From Chiloscyllium plagiosum (lineage: Eukaryota), in NCBI RefSeq assembly GCF_004010195.1, contig NC_057718.1, forward strand, positions 94,473,205-94,537,204: DNA of 64,000 nt, given 5' to 3'. Numbering within the stretch: the stretch's first letter is position 1; each line of letters starts with the position of its first letter. Under the pieces are notes generated by a model, which saw only the letters and a list, made by a program, of their open reading frames with translations, had not been told where the DNA came from and made no database searches. The position numbers and the translations under genes were made by a program. Shown piece after piece: positions 1 to 9,469 of the stretch.

Positions 1-129
1 ATAGCATAACAACCTGTATGTCCATTTAATTTTCCTGCAGTTTGTCTCTTTGTGTGCTTTTAAAACATAGGTGTTAATCCATTTAATATCAAATGTTATT
101 AATAACTGAATGGAACAGATAATAACTCT

Positions 130-660
130 GGTTTGTAGATGATTGTTGATGGTAGTTTATGTTTCATCCAAAATTTGTCACAGGTTCGCACATGCTTCTA
201 AAATCCATTTTTCACAAGATATGTTTTTTCTTTCCATACACAGGAAGTCAGGAGGTCAGCTTGATCGGAAGATTGATTGCTCCTCAACTTCCATTGTGCT
301 CGTTTCCTTTCAGCTAATTGTACATAACTTCCTACAGGCGTTGAAGAGCCATTGTGAATTATCTTATGCCACATTTTTCTGTCACAAACATCTTGTTTCT
401 TTGAGTGACTTGTGCCACTTTTTAGAGATATTTTCTTGGCAAGTGACCACCAAGCTTCAGCTCCCTATGGAATACACTTTTGGGTCATGTAGTATAAGGC
501 CTTTGGCCTAGGACTAGCCCCTGGATTTCTACTCTCATTGCTTCAAGACTTGGTATAGTTCACCTGTGGAGACTTTCAGTGACTTAATCTTTGACTACCA
601 TTGACTTGTCATGATCTTTCTCGGGAAATGTGGGTAGAAATAATTGATCTATCTGATGGA
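130..660 (-). mobile_element. Ancient RTE-clade LINE 3' fragment
   Basis: Minus-strand translation fragments PKSVFHRELKLG, RKMWHKIIHNG...AERKRAQWKLR and GF*KHVRTC resemble the RTE ORF C-terminus; many stops and frameshifts. Confidence 0.5.
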
Positions 661-675
661 TCACTGGAAGACATT

Positions 676-1160
676 AGAACAGAGGAACTAGGAGCAGGTT
701 TAGGCAATTCAGTCCCTCAAACCTACTCCTCCATTTAATCCATTCAAGATTGATCTCACCTCAGCCTCAACTTCACTTTCCTGCCCAAAAGCCATAACCT
801 TTCAACCTGTTACTAATTAAAACCTGTCTATCTCCTACTTATATCCACCAGTATTTGCAGCACTCTTGCACTTGCATTCCACAGATTTGCAACCAGTAGT
901 AATTCCTCCATACCTGTGTTTTAAATCTGCTATTCCATATCCTAAGTTATGACCTCTCATTTTAGACTGCCCCACAAGAGGAAACATCTGCTCTATGTCT
1001 ACTTTTTCAATTCCCTTTAACTTCTTATATACCCCAACTGGATCTCCTCTCATCCTTCTAAACTCATGAGTGTAGGTCTAATCTGCTTAATCTCTCTGCA
1101 TTGGAAAAATCTTTCATCTCTGGAATTAATCTAGTGAACTTTCTCTGAACTATCTCCAAA
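676..1160 (-). mobile_element. CR1 LINE 3' fragment
   Basis: Begins with the reverse complement of a CR1 tail; ORF 835-1053 MRGDPVGVYKKLKGIEKVDIEQMFPLVGQSKMRGHNL is the CR1 ORF2 C-terminus. Confidence 0.85.
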
Positions 1161-1392
1161 ATATTGCAAAATTAATTAAGATGAGCTAAATTAACTTCAA
1201 ACAAATCCATTTTTAGATGATGTGTACCCTTCAATGGTAATATTATTCATATAAGGTTTTCAGTTCTATAACTTCCATCTTCTTTGGATCGATGGTGATA
1301 CCAATTGCCTTTAAATGATCTGAAATAAGGTTTATGATGACTGGGAGATCTGTGTGGCTATCAGCTGAGAAAGAGCTCCTGAGCAATGCCTT

Positions 1393-1719
1393 AGAATCCT
1401 AGAATCCCTACAGTGTGGAAACAGGCCCTACAGCCCAACAAGTCCACACCAACTCTCTGAAGAGTAACCCACGCAGACCCATTCCCCTATATTCAACCCT
1501 GACTAATGCACCTAACGTGCACATCCCTGAACACTAAGGACAACTTAGTATGGCCAATTCATCTAACCTGCACACCTTTGGATTGTGGGAGGAAAAACCT
1601 ACCCAGGCACAGGGAGAACGTGCAAACTCCACACAGAAAGTCACCCGAGGCTGGAATCGAACCTGGATCCCTGGCACTGTGAGGCTGCAGTGCTAACCAC
1701 TGAGCCACCATGCTGCCCC
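1393..1719 (-). mobile_element. HE1-like tRNA-derived SINE
   Basis: Minus strand has A box TGGCTCAGTGGTTAGC, B box GGTTCGATTCC, core GTGTGGAGTTTGCACGTTCTCCC and tail CACACTGTAGGGATTCTA. Confidence 0.9.
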
Positions 1720-3167
1720 TTTAGCTTGAAATTCAAGCAGTGAAAATCAAATAATTTGTCATTTGTTCAGAAGTAAATATGCATTCCTTTTTCCAAATTC
1801 CTTAAAAGCATAAATGAGCGTGGAGACAAAGAACAAATGTTTCACCAACAGGGATGTGATTTAAAGGCAATATGCTGTGCATGATCAGGAAGGACAAATC
1901 ACATCCGGATTGAGACCAAACTGTACGAGTATAAAGTTCGGGGTCTTTTGAGGCTGTGTGGCAATTTAGTGCTGAGGGGAAGAACTGCTTTTTTCTTGCT
2001 TTTTTTGGTTCATAGTTTGTAAGGTTTTTTTTACAAAATAAGTTGAAACACGGAATCAGTCTCAGAAAAAGCGACATCACAGGAAAACCACAAGTTAATT
2101 AATTGGTAATAGCTATTAATTTGACTGACTATAAGAGGTTACTTTCAGACTGAAGGTAATAGGGGAAATATTTTCAGGTTAGAGACTAAAAGACTTGCAG
2201 GAAATTTTTAAAAATCAAGAACTAAGTAAATAAAATAGAGATTCAGGGCAAGAAGATGTGTTGTCCCTCCATGATGTGGGAACTGGTAGACCCATTATGG
2301 TTTGTTGTGACCACATTGTAGTAAGTGTTGGTTGCTTGAGGAACTCCAGTTCCGAGTTGATGAGCTGGAGACTGAGCTTCATACAATAGACACATCAGGA
2401 AGAGGGGGAGGCATAACCTGGTTCTGTTTCAGGAGGCAGTCTCACCCCTTAGATTAACTACCTTTGAATTTGGTCAGTGCTCAGGAACTGGAGGGTGTCA
2501 CTACCAATGCGTCAGGTAGAGGGATCCAGGAGATAGTGCTGAAGAAGTCTCAGTCCTTGAGCGTGTCTAATGGGTTTGAGATTCTTGCTCCCTTTGTGGA
2601 TGAGAGGAGGGCCTGTAAGGAAGATAGGCAAAATGACCATAGCACGCTGGTAGAGGAAGACATTCAAGAGGAGGGAGAAAAGAGAAATGTAGTTGTAATC
2701 GGGGATAATACAGTCAGGGAGTAGGCTCTATTCTCTGTGGCAAGGATTGAAAGTCTTAAATGCTGTGTTTCCTGCCTGGTGCCAGGGTTCAGGATATCTC
2801 ATCTGGGCTGCAGGGGACCTTAGAGCAAGAAGGGAAAGATCCAGTTTTTGTGGCCCATGCAAGTACTCACGATATAGGTAGAATGAGGAAAGAAGCTGTG
2901 CTGAGGGATTATGAGCAACAAGAAATTAAACTGAAAAGCAGAACCAAAAAGGTAGTAATCTCCTGATTACTACTTGAGACACAAACTAATTAGCACAAGG
3001 TCAACAAGATTAAAGAGGTAAATGAATGGCTCAAAGTATGGAAGCAATGGGGTGGTGGGGGGGCGGGGGGGGTAGGGGGGGTGGTTGGCGAGGCTGAGCA
3101 GAGGAAATTAAAGCTTCCAGAATAAGTGGTATGACAGAGAATATGGAAAGACTCAAGAATGTAACTT

Positions 3168-4002
3168 ACATAAGAACATAAAGAAATAGGAGCAGGAGTA
3201 GGCCATTTGGCCCTTCAAGCCTGCTCCGCCATTCCATAAGGTCATGACTAATCTTTTTGTGGCCTCAGCTCTACTTATCCACCCTCTCACCATAACCCTT
3301 AATTCCTTTACTTTTCAAGAAAAATACCTATCTTAGCTTTAAAAACATTTACTGTGGAAGACTCAACTACTTCACTGAGCAGGGAATTCCAGAGATTCAC
3401 AACCCTCTGGGTGAAGAAGTTCCTTCTCAGTTCAGTCCTAAATCTGTTTCCCCCTAATTTTGAGGCTGTGCCTTCTTGTCCTAGTTTCACCTACCAATGG
3501 AAACATCCTCTCTTAGTCTATCGTATCTATTCCTTTCATAATTTTATATGTTTCTGTAGGATCCTCCCTCATCCTTCCATATTCCAATGAATGTGATCCC
3601 AGTCTACTTAGTATCTCCTCCTAAGCCAACCTCCTCAACTCTGGAATCAAATTAGTGAACCTCCTCTGCACTCCCTCTATTGCCAGCATATCCTTTCTCA
3701 AGTATGGAGACCGAAACTGCACACATACACCAGGTTTGGCCTCACCAGCGCTCTACACAGCTGCAACATAACCTCTCTGCTTTTAAACTTAATTCTTTTG
3801 GCATTGAAGGACAAAATTCCATTTGCCTTCCTAATTATCTGTTGCACCTGCAGACCAACCTTCTGTGATTCATGTACAAGAACACCCAGGTGCCTCTGTA
3901 TAGCAACATGCTGCAACTTTTTTACCATTCAAATAATAATCCTTTTTATTGTTATTCCTCCTAAAATGGATGACTTCACATTTATTAACATTGTAGTCCA
4001 TC
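3168..4002 (-). mobile_element. CR1 3' fragment, first part (continues 8779-8925)
   Basis: Tail microsatellite ACATAAGAACATAA; ORFs RRNFFTQRVVNLWNSL and HLGVLVHESQKVGLQVQQ...RALVRPNL. Confidence 0.88.
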
Positions 4003-4111
4003 TCATAGAGTCATAGAGATATACAACATGGAAACAGACCCTTCTGTCCAACCAGATATCCCAACCAAATCTAGTCCCATTTGCCAGCACTTGGCCCATA
4101 ACCCTCTAAAC
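4003..4111 (-). mobile_element. Short CR1 tail (continues 8743-8778)
   Basis: TCATAGAGTCATAGAG tail; the sequence ...GGCCCATAACCCTCTAAAC resumes as TCTAAACCCTTCTTATTCATATACCC after the 4112-8742 insertion. Confidence 0.8.
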
Positions 4112-4528
4112 ATTTTCTGTTCTTCAGCAGCAGCAGCAACTCGAAGGGCGGGAGCTTGTACCAGGGGCTTGCCAGGAGCGGTGAGTCACGGATTTGAACC
4201 TTTAAAACTTGTCATGAGCGCGAGAATCCTCCATTTCTGTTTTCCTGCAGCAGCAGCAACTCGAAGGGCGGGAGCTTTCCCCCGGGGTCCTAACGGGCGC
4301 AGTGAGTCACGGATTTGTGCTTTTAAATTTTAAGTCAGCAGAGGTTTCTGGGAAAGGAGGGATTTCTTATTTTTATTTCCGTCCAGCTCCATAAGTCAGT
4401 GTTTTCTCATCCCGAGACCCTACCTTTGTAGGGCCTCCCACCCAACCACCTCTTCTATCCTTCAAGACCAGGGACATATCAGGTAAGCGTCTCTTCTTTT
4501 TTACTTTGTGATAAGGGGACCAGTAGGG

Positions 4529-5452
4529 ATGGCAGTGCAGGGAGAGCAATGTTCCTCCTGCAGGATGTTTGAGGTGAGGGACAACATTCATGTCCCATCC
4601 AAGTACATCGGCAGGAAGTGCTCCCAATTCTCGCTCTTCCAAGACCGTGTTAGTGAACTGGAGGGGGAGCTGGATGAACTTCGGATCATTCGGGAGGCAG
4701 AGGCTGTGATAGATAAGAGTTACAGGGAATTAGTTACTCCAAGGCACGAAGAAAGCTGGGTGACTATTCGAAGGGGGAAAAAATAGTCAGTGGAGGGATC
4801 CCCTGTGGTTGTTCCCCTAAAAAACATGTATACCATTTTGGATACTGTTGAGGGGGACGACTTACCAGGGGCATGCAGTGGGGCCCAGGTCTCTGGCACA
4901 GAGCCTGTCCCTGTTGCACAGAAGGGAAGGAGGGAAAGGAGGAGACTGATAGTCATTGGGGACTCGATAGTTAGAGGCTCAGATAGAAGGTTTGTTGGGA
5001 ACGAACGAGACTCGCGGTTGGTGTATTGCCTCCCAGGTACCAGGGTCCGTGATGTCTTGGATTGTATCTTTGGGATCCTGAAGGGAGAGGGTGACCAGCC
5101 TCAAGTCATTGTCCATGTAGGTACCAACGACATAGGGAGAAAAAGGGATAGGGATCTAAGGCAGGATTTCAGGGAGCTAGGGTGGAAGCTGAGAGCTAAA
5201 ACATACAGAGTTGTTATCTCTGGTTTGTTACCCATGCCACATGATAGCGAGGCAAGGAATAGGGAGAGATATCAGCTGAACATGTGGCTGCAAGGATGGT
5301 GCAGGAGGGAGGGTTTCAGGTTCTTGGATAATTGGGGCTCATTCTGGGCAAGGTGGTACTTGTACAAACAGGATGGTCTTCACTTGAACCAGAGGGGTAC
5401 TAATACCCTGGGTGGGAAATTTGCTGGTGCTATTTGGGTGGGTTCAAACTAG
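4529..5452 (+). pseudogene. CR1 ORF1p: Cys-rich finger, coiled coil and SGNH esterase; one premature stop at 4784-4786
   Basis: ORFs 4508-4786 and 4790-5452 share a frame; CSSC...RKC motif, LQDRVSELEGELDELR-type zipper, SGNH blocks IVIGDSIVRG, LPG, HVGTND and DGLH. Confidence 0.9.
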
Positions 5453-5521
5453 CTCAGCAGGGGGATGGGAACCAGAGGTGTAGTTGCAATGCACAGGAGG
5501 ATGAGAGTAGGAAGGACAGGA

Positions 5522-5742
5522 GAAAGTGAGGACTGCAGATGCTGGAGATCAGAGCTGAAAATGTGTTGCTGGAAAAGCGCAGCGGGTCAGCCAGCATCCA
5601 AGGAGGAGGAGAATCGACATTTCGGGCATGAGCCCTTCTTCAGGAATCAGGTTTCCTGAAGGGCTCATGCCCGAAACGTCGATTCTCCTGCTCCTTGGAT
5701 GCTGCCTGACCTGCTGCGTTTTTCCAGCAACACATTTTCAGC
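5522..5742. mobile_element. Non-autonomous Penelope-like foldback (inverted pLTR) insert
   Basis: 14-bp TSD TAGGAAGGACAGGA at 5508-5521 and 5743-5756; inverted arms meet near 5650; hammerhead-like motif in each arm. Confidence 0.85.
5615..5645 (-). ncRNA. Minimal hammerhead ribozyme motif (one mismatch)
   Basis: Minus strand CTGAAGA-A-GGGC-TCAT-GCCC-GAAAT-GTC. Confidence 0.6.
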
Positions 5743-8201
5743 TAGGAAGGACAGGAACAGGATTTCAGAGTCACAGGAATGTGTTGGCAGACCACGAAGT
5801 GGTTTGAAGTGTGTTTACTTCAATGCCAGAATCTGAAATAAGGTAGGTGAGCTTGCAGTATGGATAGGTACCTGGGACTTCGATGTTGTGGCCATTTCGG
5901 ACACCTGGATAGAGCAGGGTGAGGAATGGATGTTGCAGGTTCCAGGGTTTAGATCTTTCATTAAGAACAGGCAAGGCGGTAAAAGAGGGGGAGGCGTGGC
6001 CTTGTTAGTCAAGGATAGTATAACGGTGGCTGAGAAAACTTTTGATGAGGACTCGTCTACTGAGGTAGTGTGGGCTTACGTTAGAAACAGGAGAGGAGAG
6101 GTCACACTGCTTGGAGTTTTTTATTGGCCTCCGCAGAGGTGGAAGAGAGGATTAGCAAAATTATTCTGGGTAAGAGTGAAAGGAACAGGGTGGTCATTAT
6201 GGGGGACTTTAACTTCCCCAACATTGACTTGAAATGTTATAACTCTAGTATGTCGGATGGATCAGTTTTTGTCCAATGTGTACAGGAGGGTTTCCTGACA
6301 CAGTATGTCGAAGGGCTGACACGAGGGGAGGCCACACTGGATTTGGTACTTGGTAATGGAACCAGACAAGGTGTTTGATTTAGTTGTAGGTGAGCACTTT
6401 GGAGAGAGTGACCATAATTCAGTTACATTTAGTGTAGCAATGGAAAGAGATAGGTACATGCCACAGGTCAAGAGTTATCAACAGGGCAAGGGCAATTATA
6501 ATGCAATTAGGCATGAATTAGGATGCATAGAATGGGGTACAAAATGCAGAGGATGCAGACAATGGAAATGTGGAGCTGGTTTAAGGAACAGATATTGCGT
6601 GTCCTTGAGAGGTATGTCCCTGTCAGACAGGGAGGAAGTGATAAGGTAAGGGAACTGTGGTTTACAACAGAATTTGCATCTCTTGTTACAAAGAAGAAGG
6701 AGGCTTATGTGTTGATAAGGCAAGATGGTTCAGATGAGGCGATGGAGAGTTACAGATCAGCTAGGAAGGATTTAAAGAGAGAGTTAAGAAGAGCAAAGAG
6801 AGGACACAAGCAGTCTTTAGCAAATAGAATAAAGGAGATCCCTAAAGCTTTCTATAGGTATGTGAGGAATAAAAGGATGATTAGGGTAGGAATAGGGCCA
6901 ATCAAAGACAGAAGTGGGAAGTTGAGTGTGGACCCTGTAGAGATCGGAGAGGTGCTAAATGAACATTTCTCATCGGTTTTCACTCAGGAAAAGGAGAATA
7001 TTGTTGAGGAGAAGAATGAGGTCCGAGATATTAGACTAGAAAGGATCGAGGTTAGTTACAAACAGGTGTTATCAATTCTAGAAGGAGTGAATGTAGACCT
7101 GGGCCTGATGGAATTTATCTGAGGATTCTCTGGGCAGCTAGGGAGGAGATAGCAGAGCCTTTGGCTTTGATATTTGAGTCGTCATTGTCTCCAGATTTGG
7201 TACCAGACAACTGGAGGATTACAAATGTTGTGCCCTTGTTCAAGAAGGGCAGTAGAGATGACCCAGGTAATTATAGATCAGTGAGCCTTAATTCTGTTGT
7301 AGGATAAGATTTATAATCATCTATCAAACAAAAATTTGATTTTAGATAGTCAACATGGTTTCATCAACGGCAGGTCGTGTCTCACAAACCTCATTGAGCT
7401 TTTTGACAAGTTAACCAAGCATGTAGATGAGGGTAGAGCAGTTGACGTGGTATACATGGACTTCAGGTAAAGCCTTTGATAAAGTTCCACATAGTAGGCT
7501 GTTGGAGAAAATGCAGAGGCATGGAATTGAGGGTGATTCAGCATTTTGGATTAAAAACTGGCTTTCTGAAAGAAGGCAGTGAGTGGCAATTGATGGAAAA
7601 TATTCAGCTTGGAGTCCGGTTACTAGTGGTGTGCCACGAGGATCTGTTTTGGGACCACTGCTGTTTGTCATTTTTGTAAATGACGTAGATGCAGGCATAG
7701 GTGGATGGATTAGTAAATTTGCAGATGACACTAAAGTCGGTGGAGTAGTGGACAGTGTGGAAGAATGTTACAGGTTGCAGGGGGACTTGGATCAACTGCA
7801 GAATTGGGCTGAGAGGTGGCAAATGGAGTTCAGTGCAGCTAAATATGATGCACTTTGGTAAGAATAACAGGAAGGCAGAGTACTGGGTCGATGGAAAGAT
7901 TCTTGGTAGTGTGGATGTACAGAGGGATCTTGGCGTTCATGTACATAGATCCCTGAAAGTTGCCACCCAGGTTGATAGTGCTTTTAAGAAGGCATATACG
8001 ATGTGTTAGGTTTCATTCGTAGAGGGATTAAGTTCTGGAGCCACAATATCATGCTGCAACTGTACAAAACACTGGTGCGACCACACTTGGAATATTGTGT
8101 ACAGTTCTGGTCCCCATATTTCGGGAAGGATGTGGAAACATTGGAAAAGGTGCAGAGGAGATTTACCAGGATGTTGCCTGGTCTGGAGGGAAGGTCTTAT
8201 G

Positions 8202-8237
8202 ATTCCTGATGAAGGGCTTTTGCCCGAAACGTCGATT
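8202..8237 (+). ncRNA. Minimal type I hammerhead ribozyme motif, core intact
   Basis: CTGATGA (8206-8212), stem II GGGC/TTTT/GCCC, GAAAC (8226-8230), GTC cleavage triplet (8231-8233); palindromic ACGT stem III. Confidence 0.78.
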
Positions 8238-8330
8238 TTGCTGCTCGTCGGATGCTGCCTGAATTGCTGTGCTCTTCCAGCACCACTGATCCAGAATCTG
8301 GTTTCCAGCATCTGCAGTCATTGTTTTTAC
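8203..8330 (+). mobile_element. Penelope-like solo pLTR insert in CR1 ORF2
   Basis: 7-bp TSD CTTATGA at 8196-8202 and 8331-8337; begins just before the hammerhead core and ends ...CTGCAGTCATTGTTTTTAC. Confidence 0.85.
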
Positions 8331-8778
8331 CTTATGAGGAAAGGCTGAGTGACTTGAACCTGTTCTCATTGGCAAGAAGAAGGCTAAGAGGGAATTTGAT
8401 AGAGACATACAAGATGATCAGAGGATTAGGTAGCGTAGACAGTAAAAGTCTTTTTCCTAGGGTGATGACGTCAGTGTGTACGAGGGGGTATAACTACAAA
8501 TTGAGGGATGATAGATTTAGGACAGATGTCAGAGGCAGGTTCTTTACTCTGAGAGTGGTAAGGGCGTGGAATGCCTTACCTGCTAATGTAGTTAACTCAG
8601 CCACATTAGGGGGACTTAAACAATCCTTAGATAAGCATATGGATGATTTTGGGATATTGTATGGGGACAAGCTGAGAATAGTTCACAGGTTGGCACAACA
8701 TCAAGGGCTGAAGGGCCTGTTCTGCGCTGTATTGTTCTATTTTCTAAACCCTTCTTATTCATATACCCATCCAGATAT

Positions 8779-8925
8779 CAGACATTTGCCCACTCACTTA
8801 AACTATGTCCCTCAGCAAAGTTTCATAGTCTTCTGCACCTTTGCTCTACTACTCATCTTAATGTCATCTGCAAATACTAAACGTGGTCCCCAACTCCAAA
8901 TCATCTATGTAAATTGTGAATTACT
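8779..8925 (-). mobile_element. Continuation of the 3168-4002 CR1 fragment
   Basis: TTTGCCCACTCAC...ATGTCATCTGCAAAT is the reverse complement of the FADD region, collinear with the break at 4002. Confidence 0.65.
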
Positions 8926-9371
8926 TCAGGCATAGCAGATTAAGGGACAACTATGTGAAAGGAGGCAGTGAATGCAGGACTGAGGGCGTTGTACTTAAAT
9001 GCATGCAGAATATGAAACATGCTAAATGAGCTTATAGCGCAAATTGAAAATGGCGGTTACGGTGTTGTGGGTGTCATAGAGATATGGCTGCAAGGTGATC
9101 AGTACTGGCAACTAAATATCCAAAGATATACCTCCTATTGAAAGGAAATGCAGATGAGCAGAGGGGCTGAGGTTGGTAAGAAACTAAATTAAATTGACAG
9201 AAAGAAATGATATTGAGTCAGATGGTGTAGAATCTTCATGAGTAGAGTTGAAGAACATCAAAGGGAAAAAAGACCCTGATGGGAGTTATGTACAGGCCTC
9301 TTAGCAGCAGTCAGGATGTGGGGCAGAAAATAAATCAGAAGATCGAAAGGCAGTATTACAATAATCATGGA

Positions 9372-9469
9372 GCTTCACAGGAGGCTCCCAAGCACTGAGG
9401 ATGTCACCTAGACAGGGGACGAAACGTCTGCAACACAAATTCCCAGCTCGGCGAACAGAACCACAACAA
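9372..9469 (+). mobile_element. Penelope pLTR fragment with hammerhead motif
   Basis: Identical by eye over 98 bp to 28930-29027; GCA-CTGAGGA (9395-9401)...GGAC-GAAAC (9421-9425)-GTC-TGC. Confidence 0.88.

Larger units (their letters stand above)
5443..8690 (+). pseudogene. CR1 ORF2p (APE endonuclease + reverse transcriptase), disrupted
   Basis: Fragments VAISDTW, KRGGGVALLVK, GESDHNSV, KAFYRYVRNKR, FADDTK, LVRPHLEYCVQFWSP, FFTLRVVRAWNALP; frameshifts, stops and two PLE inserts. Confidence 0.9.
4112..8742 (+). mobile_element. Full-length younger CR1 LINE (5'UTR monomers, esterase ORF1, APE-RT ORF2), decayed
   Basis: Flanked by TCTAAAC at 4105-4111 and 8743-8749; ORF1 4529-5452; ORF2 motifs LKCVYFNAR, IMGDFNFP, SGVPRGSVLGPLLF, SKFADDTK; tail TTGTTCTATTTTCTA. 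Confidence 0.93.

Noticed and set aside
143..511. 122-aa plus-strand ORF as a gene
   Set aside because: Antisense to an RTE relic; no recognisable domain.
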